DNA of 64,000 nt, from positions 3,992,231 to 4,056,230 of the forward strand of contig NC_134033.1 in the NCBI RefSeq assembly GCF_964204645.1, read 5' to 3'. Below, in pieces: positions 1 through 11,234 of the stretch. The notes below the pieces were generated by a model that was given only the letters and a program-made list of their open reading frames with translations, did no database searches and was not told where the DNA came from. This DNA is from Tubulanus polymorphus (Eukaryota; Animalia; Nemertea). The position numbers and the translations under genes were made by a program. Numbering within the stretch: the first letter of the stretch is position 1; each line of letters begins with the position of its first letter.

Positions 1-963
1 TGTGAGAGAAATAAATAGAGAAATAGGGAAATCCACTATTCTGTTTAAATCACATATCGCGTGGTATATCCGTTGAGAGTCTGTCTCATCGGTAGCGATC
101 ATATTACACAAGTGCATATCAGTTTTTGATACTTTGATAATATGACTTCGAAATAAAACATTTGATTTTCAAGGATTTAATCATGCAAGGGAAGAGCAAG
201 TAGATAAAAGTGATAGTGAATATATATAGTCTATTAAGCATTAAACTTGACTTCGTATTCTATAGAAAATTGATTGCATATATCGATTATTATATTCAAT
301 GCTTATGATATTTTGCATGAGGTATATTGCACTCTATTTTACTTGGCAATTTCGTTAACCCGAATCGGTCACCATACGATTCGGTGGTGGCTGAAAAATA
401 CTTTCATCCGGTGGCACATTTAGTAAAGTAGTATAGTGTTTATTTTTCATTAGGTCGTTGCATTATTACATTATTGATATCGCATGATATACAGTGACAA
501 AAATGTAACAAGAAAATGTGGGCTACACGAAGAGATCACAAAGATCTATTGGAGCCGTGCCGCCCTAAAAGAAAAATCAAACCAATCACTCTTACACACA
601 CGCTCACACTACATCAGTGAATACATTCATAGATTAATACGTCGTCATCTATGTAATCGTCTATTTCAATTACACTGGACAGTAAAGGGCTCACCGAGCC
701 CCTTAAATCCACATCCTGAAGTGAATACTATTGCATTCAACAAACAATCTACAATGAATCTAATAGCTACGAAAAAAACATTAATTTATATGAATTGTGT
801 AGATAAAGTAGTGATATAAAAACTGAATGGACCACGGGCCCAAAGGTCATCGTTAATATCTGTTCTTTGTTCTTTAGATTCATTACTAGAGTTTGGTGCG
901 CGACCATGAACGCTAAAACGATTCGTTTAAAAGCTCCTTTATTGCTATTGAAGTGTTCTTAAT

Positions 964-3900
964 CTACTTCTTTTGTTGACGTTTATATCTCGTTCTAATT
1001 GATTTCATATCGATCGTCAGTATTGTATAAAGAAGCGGATTCAGAGACGAGTTGATCGGTAAAAATAGAACGGCCAGCCAAGCGGCCACCTGGTTCGGTA
1101 TCTCGACCGAAAATACGGCGCAAAACTGGACGATTATTATCGGTAGCCAGCAAAATAGATTACAAAGATTGATTACTAAACTCCTTCGAGCTAAAACCAG
1201 TTCGGTAGGATCGGCTCTACCCGAGCCCGACCTACTTCCAGATACGAGTCTATACATCTGAGCGTACGTCGTCATTATCGTAGCCAATATAGCCGCATTA
1301 AACGAGGCAAAAATAGCGAATGAATAGTGCCAGCCATTGACGTCGATCGTCAGTAAATTCATAGGCAAACAAACTCCGGTTGTACCGTAAAAATTGTCTC
1401 CGAAGTAAGACGACGATGACAGCGGTAGAATAGAAACTGTGCTTATAACGAGCCAACAAATGCTGCAAATACCGATAACGTATTTCGGAGTTATAATCGG
1501 ACTTCTAGAAAACGGGTTGACGATATTTGAATATCTCTGACGCGTTAGAATTAGGAGAAAAGTCAGGGAACCTTCGCACGAAACGGTGACAATAACCCCG
1601 GCGAGACGGCATAATGAGCTATCCGTCCAGGTTTCAGAATTCAGATAATAAACGCCTTTGAACGCGTGGTCAGCTCCCGCGATCAAAAACAAATAGACCG
1701 ACATCAGAAAATCACAACCGGCAATATTTATGATGAAGATATCTGAAGATGTGTTACGTGTTCCGGAGGATTCCATCCGCAAAGCTTGAACGCGAAATAA
1801 AATAACGATACTGTTAGCGAGAAAACTGAAAGATGCGATCATCCAGATGATGGCTCTCAGTACAGTGTTACCCATCAGGTCAGAACAGGTGGAAAATTGA
1901 TCAGCTTCGGGAAGACATTGGTCAACATTCGGTGCCATGCAGCAAAATTTGTAAGCATCCGAAGCGAGGTATTTCAATGATGTAAGATCGCCAAGAACGT
2001 TTCCTTTTACAAATATCACTTCGGCATTTTTGACAAGATCTAGAATTTCAAGTCCAACCAATCCAGAAAAAGCAAATGTCGAAATTTAATGGATTCTGTT
2101 ACTGCTGATATTTAACGACTGTAATGCGGATAAACTTTTGAATACATTTTCACCGAGAACCGATATAGAAAGTCCGTGAAGATCGAGAACAGTAAGTGAC
2201 GTCAGACCTCGAAAACTACCGTCTTCTAAATGTTGCAGCGGATTTCCGATAATAAATAGTTGTTTTAAACCGATCAAACCTGCGAATGTATTAGCAGATA
2301 ATGATGTTATGCGGTTGTGAGTTAGGTCTAATGTGTATAGATTGTTTAGATTAGAAAACGCGTTTGGAACGATGTAAGACAAATTATTGCCCGAAATATC
2401 GAGAAAACGAAGATAACTGAAAGAGTTGAACGTCGAATCGTTAAATACGACTCGGTTATTCGACAAAATCAAAACCCGAGTTGATTCTATAAAACGACCA
2501 GTAATATCTGATAAAAGAGCATTTTCACAATCGATGAAATGACCCCGGCAATTACAACACTCAGGACACGTGACCTTACAGAATGACTCGTCATCCGAGT
2601 TATGTTTACAATTTACGACACCATCGCAAACTTCAGATTGCGGAATACATCGATTTTCCTGGCCACATTTAAACATTCCCGGACACGACCAAGTCTCGCA
2701 GTTTCGTTCATCCTCTGAATTAGGACAATCGGATCGACCGTCACAAACGTGTCTGATCGGTATACAGTAAGATGCCGGACATTTTACAGTACCAGCCGCG
2801 CATTCGAAGTCATTACACGCGAGTATATGTTCAAGATTTCTACATACCGGGAAACCAATCGGCGTCCTTTCTAAAATACACCTTTCGTGTCGGGAATAAC
2901 AGCGAGGAGAATTGAACGAACATCTTTGTTCATCCGATTCCTTACACAGATCTGTGAAACGAGTCGTACAGTGATTGTCATTATTACAGTAAACCTCGGG
3001 ATTCACTGTCATATTAGTGACCAATTCGTCTTCTTCGAGACTTCCGCTACAATCCACGACACCATCCCGATACAACTGAGAACTAATACATTCACCGTCC
3101 GCGCACGAGAACCCCTGACAAAGTTCGCCAGTGCATCCGATCTCATCGGAACCGTCTTTACAGTTGGTTAGTCCGTCACATCGTTTATAACTATCGATAC
3201 ATTTGTGATTGGAACAGCGATATTGCGTAGATAAACACGGTGGATGATAGCACGAGTTCTCATCCGAGCCATCGACGCAATTTCTCATAAAGTCACAGAA
3301 ACCGCTAATCGATATAACCTGTCCATCGTTACAGCGGAACTGACTATGTAAATTGATATCCGTACAATCGAGTTCATCTTCACCGCGTTGACAGTCGTTT
3401 CTGGTATCACATACGCGATGGTCGCTGATACATCTTTGATCGTTACATTCAAACTGCCACGATTTACAACCGCTTACAGAAGCTGACTCTTCACCAGTTA
3501 CATTATAGGTACACATCACGGAATGCACTTTATCTTTTGTCTTATCGAAAGGTTTCAATAACCATTTAACCGATTGAATATAAGTAATTTCATTTCTGGT
3601 CACCAGTGGTTTGATAACTTTAAACCCGTCGCGGTCCATCGTCAGAATAGCGCCGTATTGATGTCGATATTGAAATTCGTTGATCAAATTTTTCAAGTCG
3701 CTTTCTGTATTTGAGGTGATTCTTACTATTTCGGCGCGGATGCTGTGACACATTTCTCTAGCACTCCGAATATTTAAACCTCCATTGTTTTTCCAGTCGG
3801 TTAATATTTGATAACATTGTCCGGAAATAGTTACCCAACCTCTTGGACAGGTTGAATTCATTAAAGTAACATCGGGAATAATTTGATCTGTGGTTTTATT

Positions 3901-6900
3901 TAAGTCTGTATTTGTTGAATTGTTCGCGTCGTTTATCGTTGAATTATGTTTGTTTTTGATGTCGATTCTCTCAGATTCACAAATGAATGTCGTGTGCGTC
4001 TCCTCGATTTGACACGGGAATCGAACCCAGTTCGCTGATCCTCGTGGATTATTCAGTATCATCGCCGTACACGGCATGTTGACGTCATTTATCGGTTGTT
4101 TTCTTAGCGGAGATATCAATCCTCGAATAACTTCTGGTATCGTTTCATTAATAACAGGTTTATACCACTCTGCGTAGCTCAATGGTTTGCCGTCAGTCCA
4201 CGTGTAATAACCATCATTCTATTTCGTGAAGAGAAGAAAATATATCACTTCTTCAAAAACCATCTTATTCTAATTCATATTTGTATACATTAGTCTTACC
4301 TTCCATTTTAATCCAATCATCATTATGAGCGCTTTTAATGTGTAGGCCATTCGGAGAAGTTCTGTAGCCAATGATCTTTTGATGGAAATCATTTCCTGTT
4401 CTGAGTTGATACTGAGTAGATGTCCCGCGTACATCTGTCTACAGTATATTTCAGCGTTCTCCCAATTCAGACGTTCATCTCTGATGAATTTGATGCAGGA
4501 AATTCCGGAATCCAGAAATCCTTGTTTACAGTAGAAATCATCGAAATGTTTAATCGGTAACGACTCGTGTAAAGTGTATTGTATTTGAAATGTGGAGATT
4601 CTATTATTAACTTCAAAACGCAGATTATTATCTGTTAAACTATATAATATAAGTCCACGAACCGCGTTATTTTCACATAGTTTCGTTTCACGTTGAGTTT
4701 TAATAGTTTTGAAATATTTCCCATTGAGGAAGGGTTTATAATATATTAGTTGTATCAAAATGATTGGATCATTCGCAAACCTGCTGTTTGTTTCACATGA
4801 AGCTGATCCAATAAATTTGACAATAAATCTGTAATATTGAAATATATTTTGTTCTATAGGGTTTTCAAATTTATAGGAAATAGTTTTTGATGTACTTCCT
4901 GCCGAACCCGGGTAGTTCGGTGACTGCACGAGTCCACATTTATCTTTAGTAGTAACTGGAAGAAATGAACTGTCAAATCCAAAACTATCCGCTTTTTTCA
5001 CTCCTAGACATTTACGACGTAGTTTAACTATTAGTGGATACTGCCAGAATCCAAACTCACCTGTGAAATCTACAGTGTTTAATACGAGACTGTTATGAAG
5101 AAACTGATTACTCAAACTCAAAAACTGATCACATCGCCATGACATCTTGAGAAAACATTTATCAGTTTGATATTCGTGTTCTGATAATATGTGAATATTT
5201 TTCAAGCGAAGGCGTCGATTTTCAGGTGTAATCACGAGACAGTGTGACGTCATATTGATCTGACGTTCTTCTTCCTGTAGAACATAACCATCACAATCAG
5301 TAGGAGCAAATTGAAGATATGACCTGAAAGGATCACCAACAGTTAACTGATTGTTATAGTAATAAGCGTATGCTACTACAGTAACCGGTCCACCTGATGT
5401 AATCAGGCTGACGACAGATCGACCGTAGTATGAACCAGGACAATACGGACCATAGCGTCTAGCTGTGAAATTACTACCATCAAACATATAAAAACCAGCT
5501 CGATCACAGTTTTCTGATAGCACTGATAGTTTCAACTGTTCTTCGTAGATGTTCACTTTCCAGTTTAGTTGTAATGTAGTTACACGATACAATGTATTCT
5601 TTGATCTCGGGAACAAGTGAACAGCTATTATTGATGTCACGCCTGCATCATTCTGAAATATCAGGAAATTGATTACAGCATTAAACGTTTACTATCAATT
5701 TTCACGTTTACAATCCTCCCTCCATAATAAAATGTTTGTCCCTGTTTCCTCTCTGGTCAATATCACCTAGTTTTTAAGTGCATTCTTGAAAATAGTTTTT
5801 AGCATAAAACCGAAAATTTGAGGTTTTGAATAAATTTTAGTAGTTTTAAAATCTGTTTTGATGCTGTGATTGTGGGACTTATATTTCATTCGTCTCTCGC
5901 GATTTATTACGTAGTTTTTTCACGTTGAACAATACAACAATTTCAAATTCCCTATTACAATGATTCTATTACACGAACCCAATTTACAAATCATTATAAT
6001 AAACTTACCCGTGTCCTTGGCTTGTTGACGTAGACGTCTGATATTGTCATTGATTTCACTTCAAATTCTATTTTCAAATTCGATCTTAAAAAATCCGATG
6101 TCGTTAAAACGCACAGAATCACGAGAAATCCGTCTGATTTTACACTCAGAGATTTAAGATGGTTAAAACTGAGTAAAATATCAGTTCTCACAATACGTAA
6201 CCCTTCCTGTTTATATACACCAACGACACCTGGTGACGAGACGAGATCACGTGTCCAGTTGAAGACGACGTACTGCAGAACATCGACTGTGATAGACCAG
6301 CAGTATAAGTGTTTAGACTGAGTGACTATATGTGGTATTCCATCAATTGTAGTGAGCAGTCCTGATTTATCATAGACTTGAATTAACGGGTTAGAGATGT
6401 TCCAATCTGATATTTTGTAAACTTGCACGAGTAACTGCGACTTAACTCTACTTGACAAAAAATCAATACGTGCTTTATTAGTTTTAGTATAAAACGATGA
6501 TAGCGGATGTCCGGTTTGTTCTCGTATAAGAGCTATAGGTTCACTGGTGCTGTTCCATCCGTCGTAAATTTTAGGACGAGTTTTCATTGGATCCTCACCT
6601 GGTTTAAACCTGAAATCTATCTGTAAAAACGTTAAATTCATTGCAAACCCGTCTGGCATCCCGATCCATTCTAACAACAATTTACATCGCCGGGTAGAAA
6701 TCATGAATTCATAACCTGTTTGAGTTGGTAATTCTTTTACTGCACTTTTGCGACATGTATGTACGATTTTCAAGCGACTCTGTTCTTCAAAACGATATAT
6801 GATATAAACCCGACTACCTCGCGCTCCATCGACGTTACTCCTAAACAACAACGAGATCAAACCGTTACTGCGGATATCAAGTCGTTTTCTTCCGGTAGCG

Positions 6901-7229
6901 CAGAGTTTGTTGCCGGACTCACCGACGAGAAGGTAGTTTTCGTTACAGAATATCGACGGCTCGATGTCGTAGTAAACTTGAACGAGAAAACTTCCCGGTA
7001 AAGAGCTGTTGACGAACCAACGACATTCAACGCCGCGCACTAACGACGGATAGTTCGGTGAAACGATGTAACCAGACGTAGAATCGACGGAGTATTGAGT
7101 GTTGTTACAAGATGAACTGACTGTAACAGACGCGGCTTCCTCGACAGAGTTTGCGCGATCAGCCCGCGTAAATATACAGTCTCCGCAAGCGATCAGTAAA
7201 ACTACGAACAACGCTTTCATTCGCTGCAT
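964..7229 (-). pseudogene. GRL101-like CUB/C-type lectin/LDLa/LRR GPCR, copy 1; in-frame nonsense codon at 2086-2088 (pseudogene or secreted ectodomain)
   Basis: Exons 7229-6009, 5652-4300 and 4218-964, with phase-0 introns (CGG|gtaagt..tttcag|AAT; AAG|gtaaga..aaatag|AAT). The codon that is TAT (Tyr) in the other copies is TAA here; the frame continues intact to the 7TM end (ORF 964..2061). Confidence 0.88.
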
Positions 7230-7899
7230 ATTGAAAACAATTCACGCTTCAAAACAAACCGTTTCTAACTATTTCCAAGTTCGCACGACATTCCTCACAA
7301 GAGTCGCTGCAAAGTAATGACGAATTCGCAAATGGCAAAAGTTGACGAATGGATCGAGTCCAATTATTTTGTAAAAAGATCTCCCATCAAACTGGCGCCA
7401 GTCTCGTATTTCTGTTACTTTCATCTGTTCTCGGTTTCGCTGTAATTACCGCGGTTTCTAAATTTAGACGTGTTTCAATATATCGTGTTTATAATCGTGT
7501 GCAATTATTTCTCTAAAATCATTTACTGTCGCTCCCGAACTGCGTTCAGTTTGTGATAATATTCTATGACATTTTCTATCTATACCTCAAAATATTCTGC
7601 GTCTCTGTAAAACACTTCGTCAATATCTGTTTCGACAATTCACACTCTACAGTCAATATAATAACTGAGTTAAAGCTAAATGAAGCGCGTGGATATCTGA
7701 TTGTGGCGGGTGAGGACTGAATCGGAGAACCAACACCAACCAAGTAAGACGACGATGACAGCGGTAGAATAGAAACTGTGCTTATAACGAGCCAATAAAT
7801 GCAGCAAATACCGATAACGTATTTCGGAGTTATAATCGGACTTCTAGAAAACGGGTTGACGATATTTAGATATATACGATATTTAGAATTAAGAGATAG

Positions 7900-9580
7900 T
7901 TAGATAGTTCTAAGACATTTCTTCGAATTCAGTGATAATTCGAGTTACAGACAATGGACATTTGATTAATTGAATTTATTGCATATTTCCTATGATGATA
8001 TCATCTTAGTTTATCTTATCTAATAAGCAGTTGCAAATAGCTCTAAGATTCGTGCTTGATTCCTGTGAAAATTCGAGTGACAATTCGATAATGGAAATGT
8101 GATTGATAAATTGTGTTGCAAATTGATATTTCTTTTAATTCGATTTTGAAAGGATTTAAATTACTGCCTAGAACTATCATTTTAACGAGGACTGTTAGAG
8201 AATATCTGATATTATATCTACTTCATATATCAGTTAGGGAATTGAAGTTGAAATATTAACAGGGTCAGTCCGGTATTATTTAGCCAGTGCTTCTCGTGTC
8301 CATTGAACCGCATATTATGCCAAACTTAGTTTATATTGTGTCCTGTTATTGTCCTCGGTTTTTGAAATAATTGAATACTTATTCGTAACATATACGTTGA
8401 ATTCACTATACACGCGCATATATGTCCAGTCCTTACGTGAGGTTACCTAAGTGAAAAGGAAGATCTATAAGCTTTGTATCAATTGTTAGGTCCACTAATT
8501 TAAATACTAATTTGCGAAGTTGCCGAGGGACGCTTTCGATAGTTCACATCTCGTGTATAAAGTAGTCTAGTTGACTCCCTGTCGCTGGGATCTCACTCGG
8601 GAATCCAACCTAAACTTAAACATTGTTTCTTCCAGTCAGAACTATGAAATTGTTGTTTTTCAGATCAGCCATTCCTCACTCAGGACCTGATTGCGGTCAA
8701 TACCCCGAAGCTGAGTAAACCGACGCTGTGAACTCCAGACATTTTTGAGATAATCCATGATGCTTCACACAGAAATTGGTGGTGAGTAGATTCGTAGGTT
8801 TTTAATACTGGCTATAACAGATTACAATGTGCATGTATCGAGGCAAATTAAAAATTATCATTGAGATTTATACTGGTACTGTTTTTCAGATAAACTCTAC
8901 TTCTCTCAGGATCTGATTGCTGTCAATGTTTGTTGACTAAACCGACAAGGCCGAACAGATATTAGTGCTGTAGCTTGGATGTCACATCTCTCAAGGAAAC
9001 GATAACCGATCGTTATAATCCATGAAGTTCCACTCATGAATTGGTGAGCAGACAATTTAACTTCAAATCTGCCATACAAGGTCAGATTCAAGCTGATTCA
9101 AGTCTAATTAAACGCTTGGTTGCTTTTTCAGAGACGACCTGTCTGAGCAGGATCTGATTGTTGACTAAATCGACAAATACTGCAGTTTCCAGATTCCAGA
9201 CCTTCCTCACTTCATCAGGACCTGATTGCATCAAGTGTGTGCTGACTAAAACAACCTGGTCTGATAGAAAACTCCTGTGAATGATAATCGAAAAACTGCT
9301 CACATAAATCGGTGAGTAGAAATTTTAAATTGTTTCTCATTAGGACACTGACGTTAGGTTAGGTTTAATCTTAGTTTTAATCAGATGGACCCTCGTTATA
9401 GCAAACTCGAATACAGTAGACTCAATCTGAACTCGGATGAAATGTGACCAGTGATTTGTGTTTGAATTTAAGCTAAACCATAGAAATTAGACTGGCATCA
9501 TTGGATGTAATGATTCTAATTATTGTGTTCGAAGTGTTTATTCCCAAGAGTTACGAAGAGTCTTACGATTTATCGGTATA
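7900..9580 (+). repeat. Dispersed ~1.5-kb repeat 'S' containing exon-like units; copies at ~39800-41255 and 52312-53560, inverted at ~29560-31010, partial at 26220-26510
   Basis: Direct visual alignment, e.g. attcactatacacgcgcatatatgtccagtcctta at 8401 and 40296, and its reverse complement at 30541. Confidence 0.75.
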
Positions 9581-11234
9581 TAAACGACTTGACAAACTGC
9601 ACCAGACGTTAGATACATTCAATCAGCAGCCTTTCAATAGTGATCGCTTGAAGCGATGTGGTTCCATGGATACAAACTGATACCCGTATTAAGCGTACTT
9701 AATACAATGGATACTCGGTACCGTAAAACAGACGGGTTTGAACAGTTCATATTCGCTTACCTAAAGGAATTCAGTTGCTTATACGAAAACGGCAAAAGAT
9801 TTATGAAAAAGTCCTAACTTTAAATCGCGGTTGAGTTTGAATTTTTTTCCACATTGAAAGCGATTAAACCAAAATATTCAGTTAACGAAACTGGGTCCTA
9901 CATAAAACTAAAACATGGAGCATCCATTCGGCGCCTACCCCACAAAAGTGGTTGATAAGGGAAAACTATTTCCGTCATTTCCTGAGGATCGTACCAAAGC
10001 ATTATCTATAGGCTTACTCTTCAAGCTGTTCGTTGATAAACCCTCCCATAGTAAGAAAAGAGACGTTTCGACTCAATTCTGTGAGCCATTAAAAACAAAT
10101 TTCAAATTGTTCATCGTCCAGAAATAGTGGATAGGAGGAAAGTTAGTGTTCTATTCTGATAACTGATTAAGCGTGATCAAACAGAAGTATCTGTCAATCC
10201 AACTGTATCGTGACCGGAATTAAACTAGGAAAAATAGTCATAAACTATATACCTGTATAGCGAGCAACGCCCCAATATACTCGAATATAGTCATCTTTCG
10301 AAATTAAATCTGTTAAAGGGGTTAACATGATTAGATTGTGAGAGAAATAAATCTGCTATTCTGTTTAAATCACATATTGCGTGGTATATCCGTTGAGAGT
10401 CTGTCTTATCGGTAGCGATCATATTACCCAAGTGCATACCAGTTTTTGATACTTTGATAATATGACCTCGAAATAAAACATGTAATTTTCGAGGATTTTA
10501 ATCATGCCAGGGAAGAACAAGTAGATAAAATAGTGTATTAATATAGTCTTTTAAGCATCAACCTTGACTTCGTATTCTATTGAAAATTGATTGCATATAT
10601 CAATCATGATATTCAATGCTTATGATATTTTGCATGAGGTATATTGCACTTTATTTTACTTGGCAATTTCGTTTACCCGAATCGGTCACTATACGGTTCG
10701 ATGGTGGCTGAAAAATACTTTCATCCGGTGGCACATTTAGTAAAGTAGTATGGTATTTATTTTTCATTAGGTCGTTACATTATTACATTATTGATATCGC
10801 ATGATATACAGTGACAAAAATGTAACAAGAAAATGTGGGCATGCACGCACGCACGCACGCACGCACGCAACACGCACTACATCGGTGAATACATTCATAG
10901 ATAAATAAGTCGTCATCTATGTAATCGTCTATTTAAATTACACTGGCCAGCAAAGGGCTCACCGAGATCTCACCCTTAAATCCACACCTGAAGTAAATAC
11001 TATTGCATTCAACAAATGATCTACAATGAATCTAATAGCTACGAAAAAACACTAATTTATATGAATTGTGTAGATAAAGTAGTGATATAAAAACTGAATG
11101 GACCATAGGCCCAAAGGTCATCGTTAATATCTGTCCTTTGTTCTTTAGATTCATTACTAGAGTTTGGTGCGCGACCATGAACATTAAAACGATTCGTTTA
11201 AAAGCTCCTTTATTGCTATTGAAGTGTTCTTAAT

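Noticed and set aside
484-819. 111-aa ORF in the GPCR 3' flank
   Set aside because: Disrupted in the paralogous flanks (~10800, ~50500); no recognisable domain.
1052-3171. Short plus-strand ORFs inside GPCR exons (repeated in each copy)
   Set aside because: Antisense shadows of the coding strand, conserved only because the genes are recent duplicates.
4270-7229. The ~411-aa and ~456-aa ORFs (and their paralogs) as independent genes or an operon
   Set aside because: Conserved phase-0 GT-AG sites join them in frame; the ORF ends (VSLL*, VRLMYTNMN*) are intron read-through.
10061-10092. Second hammerhead-like motif (acgtttcgactc...gagcc; also ~49765)
   Set aside because: The CUGANGA half of the core is absent.
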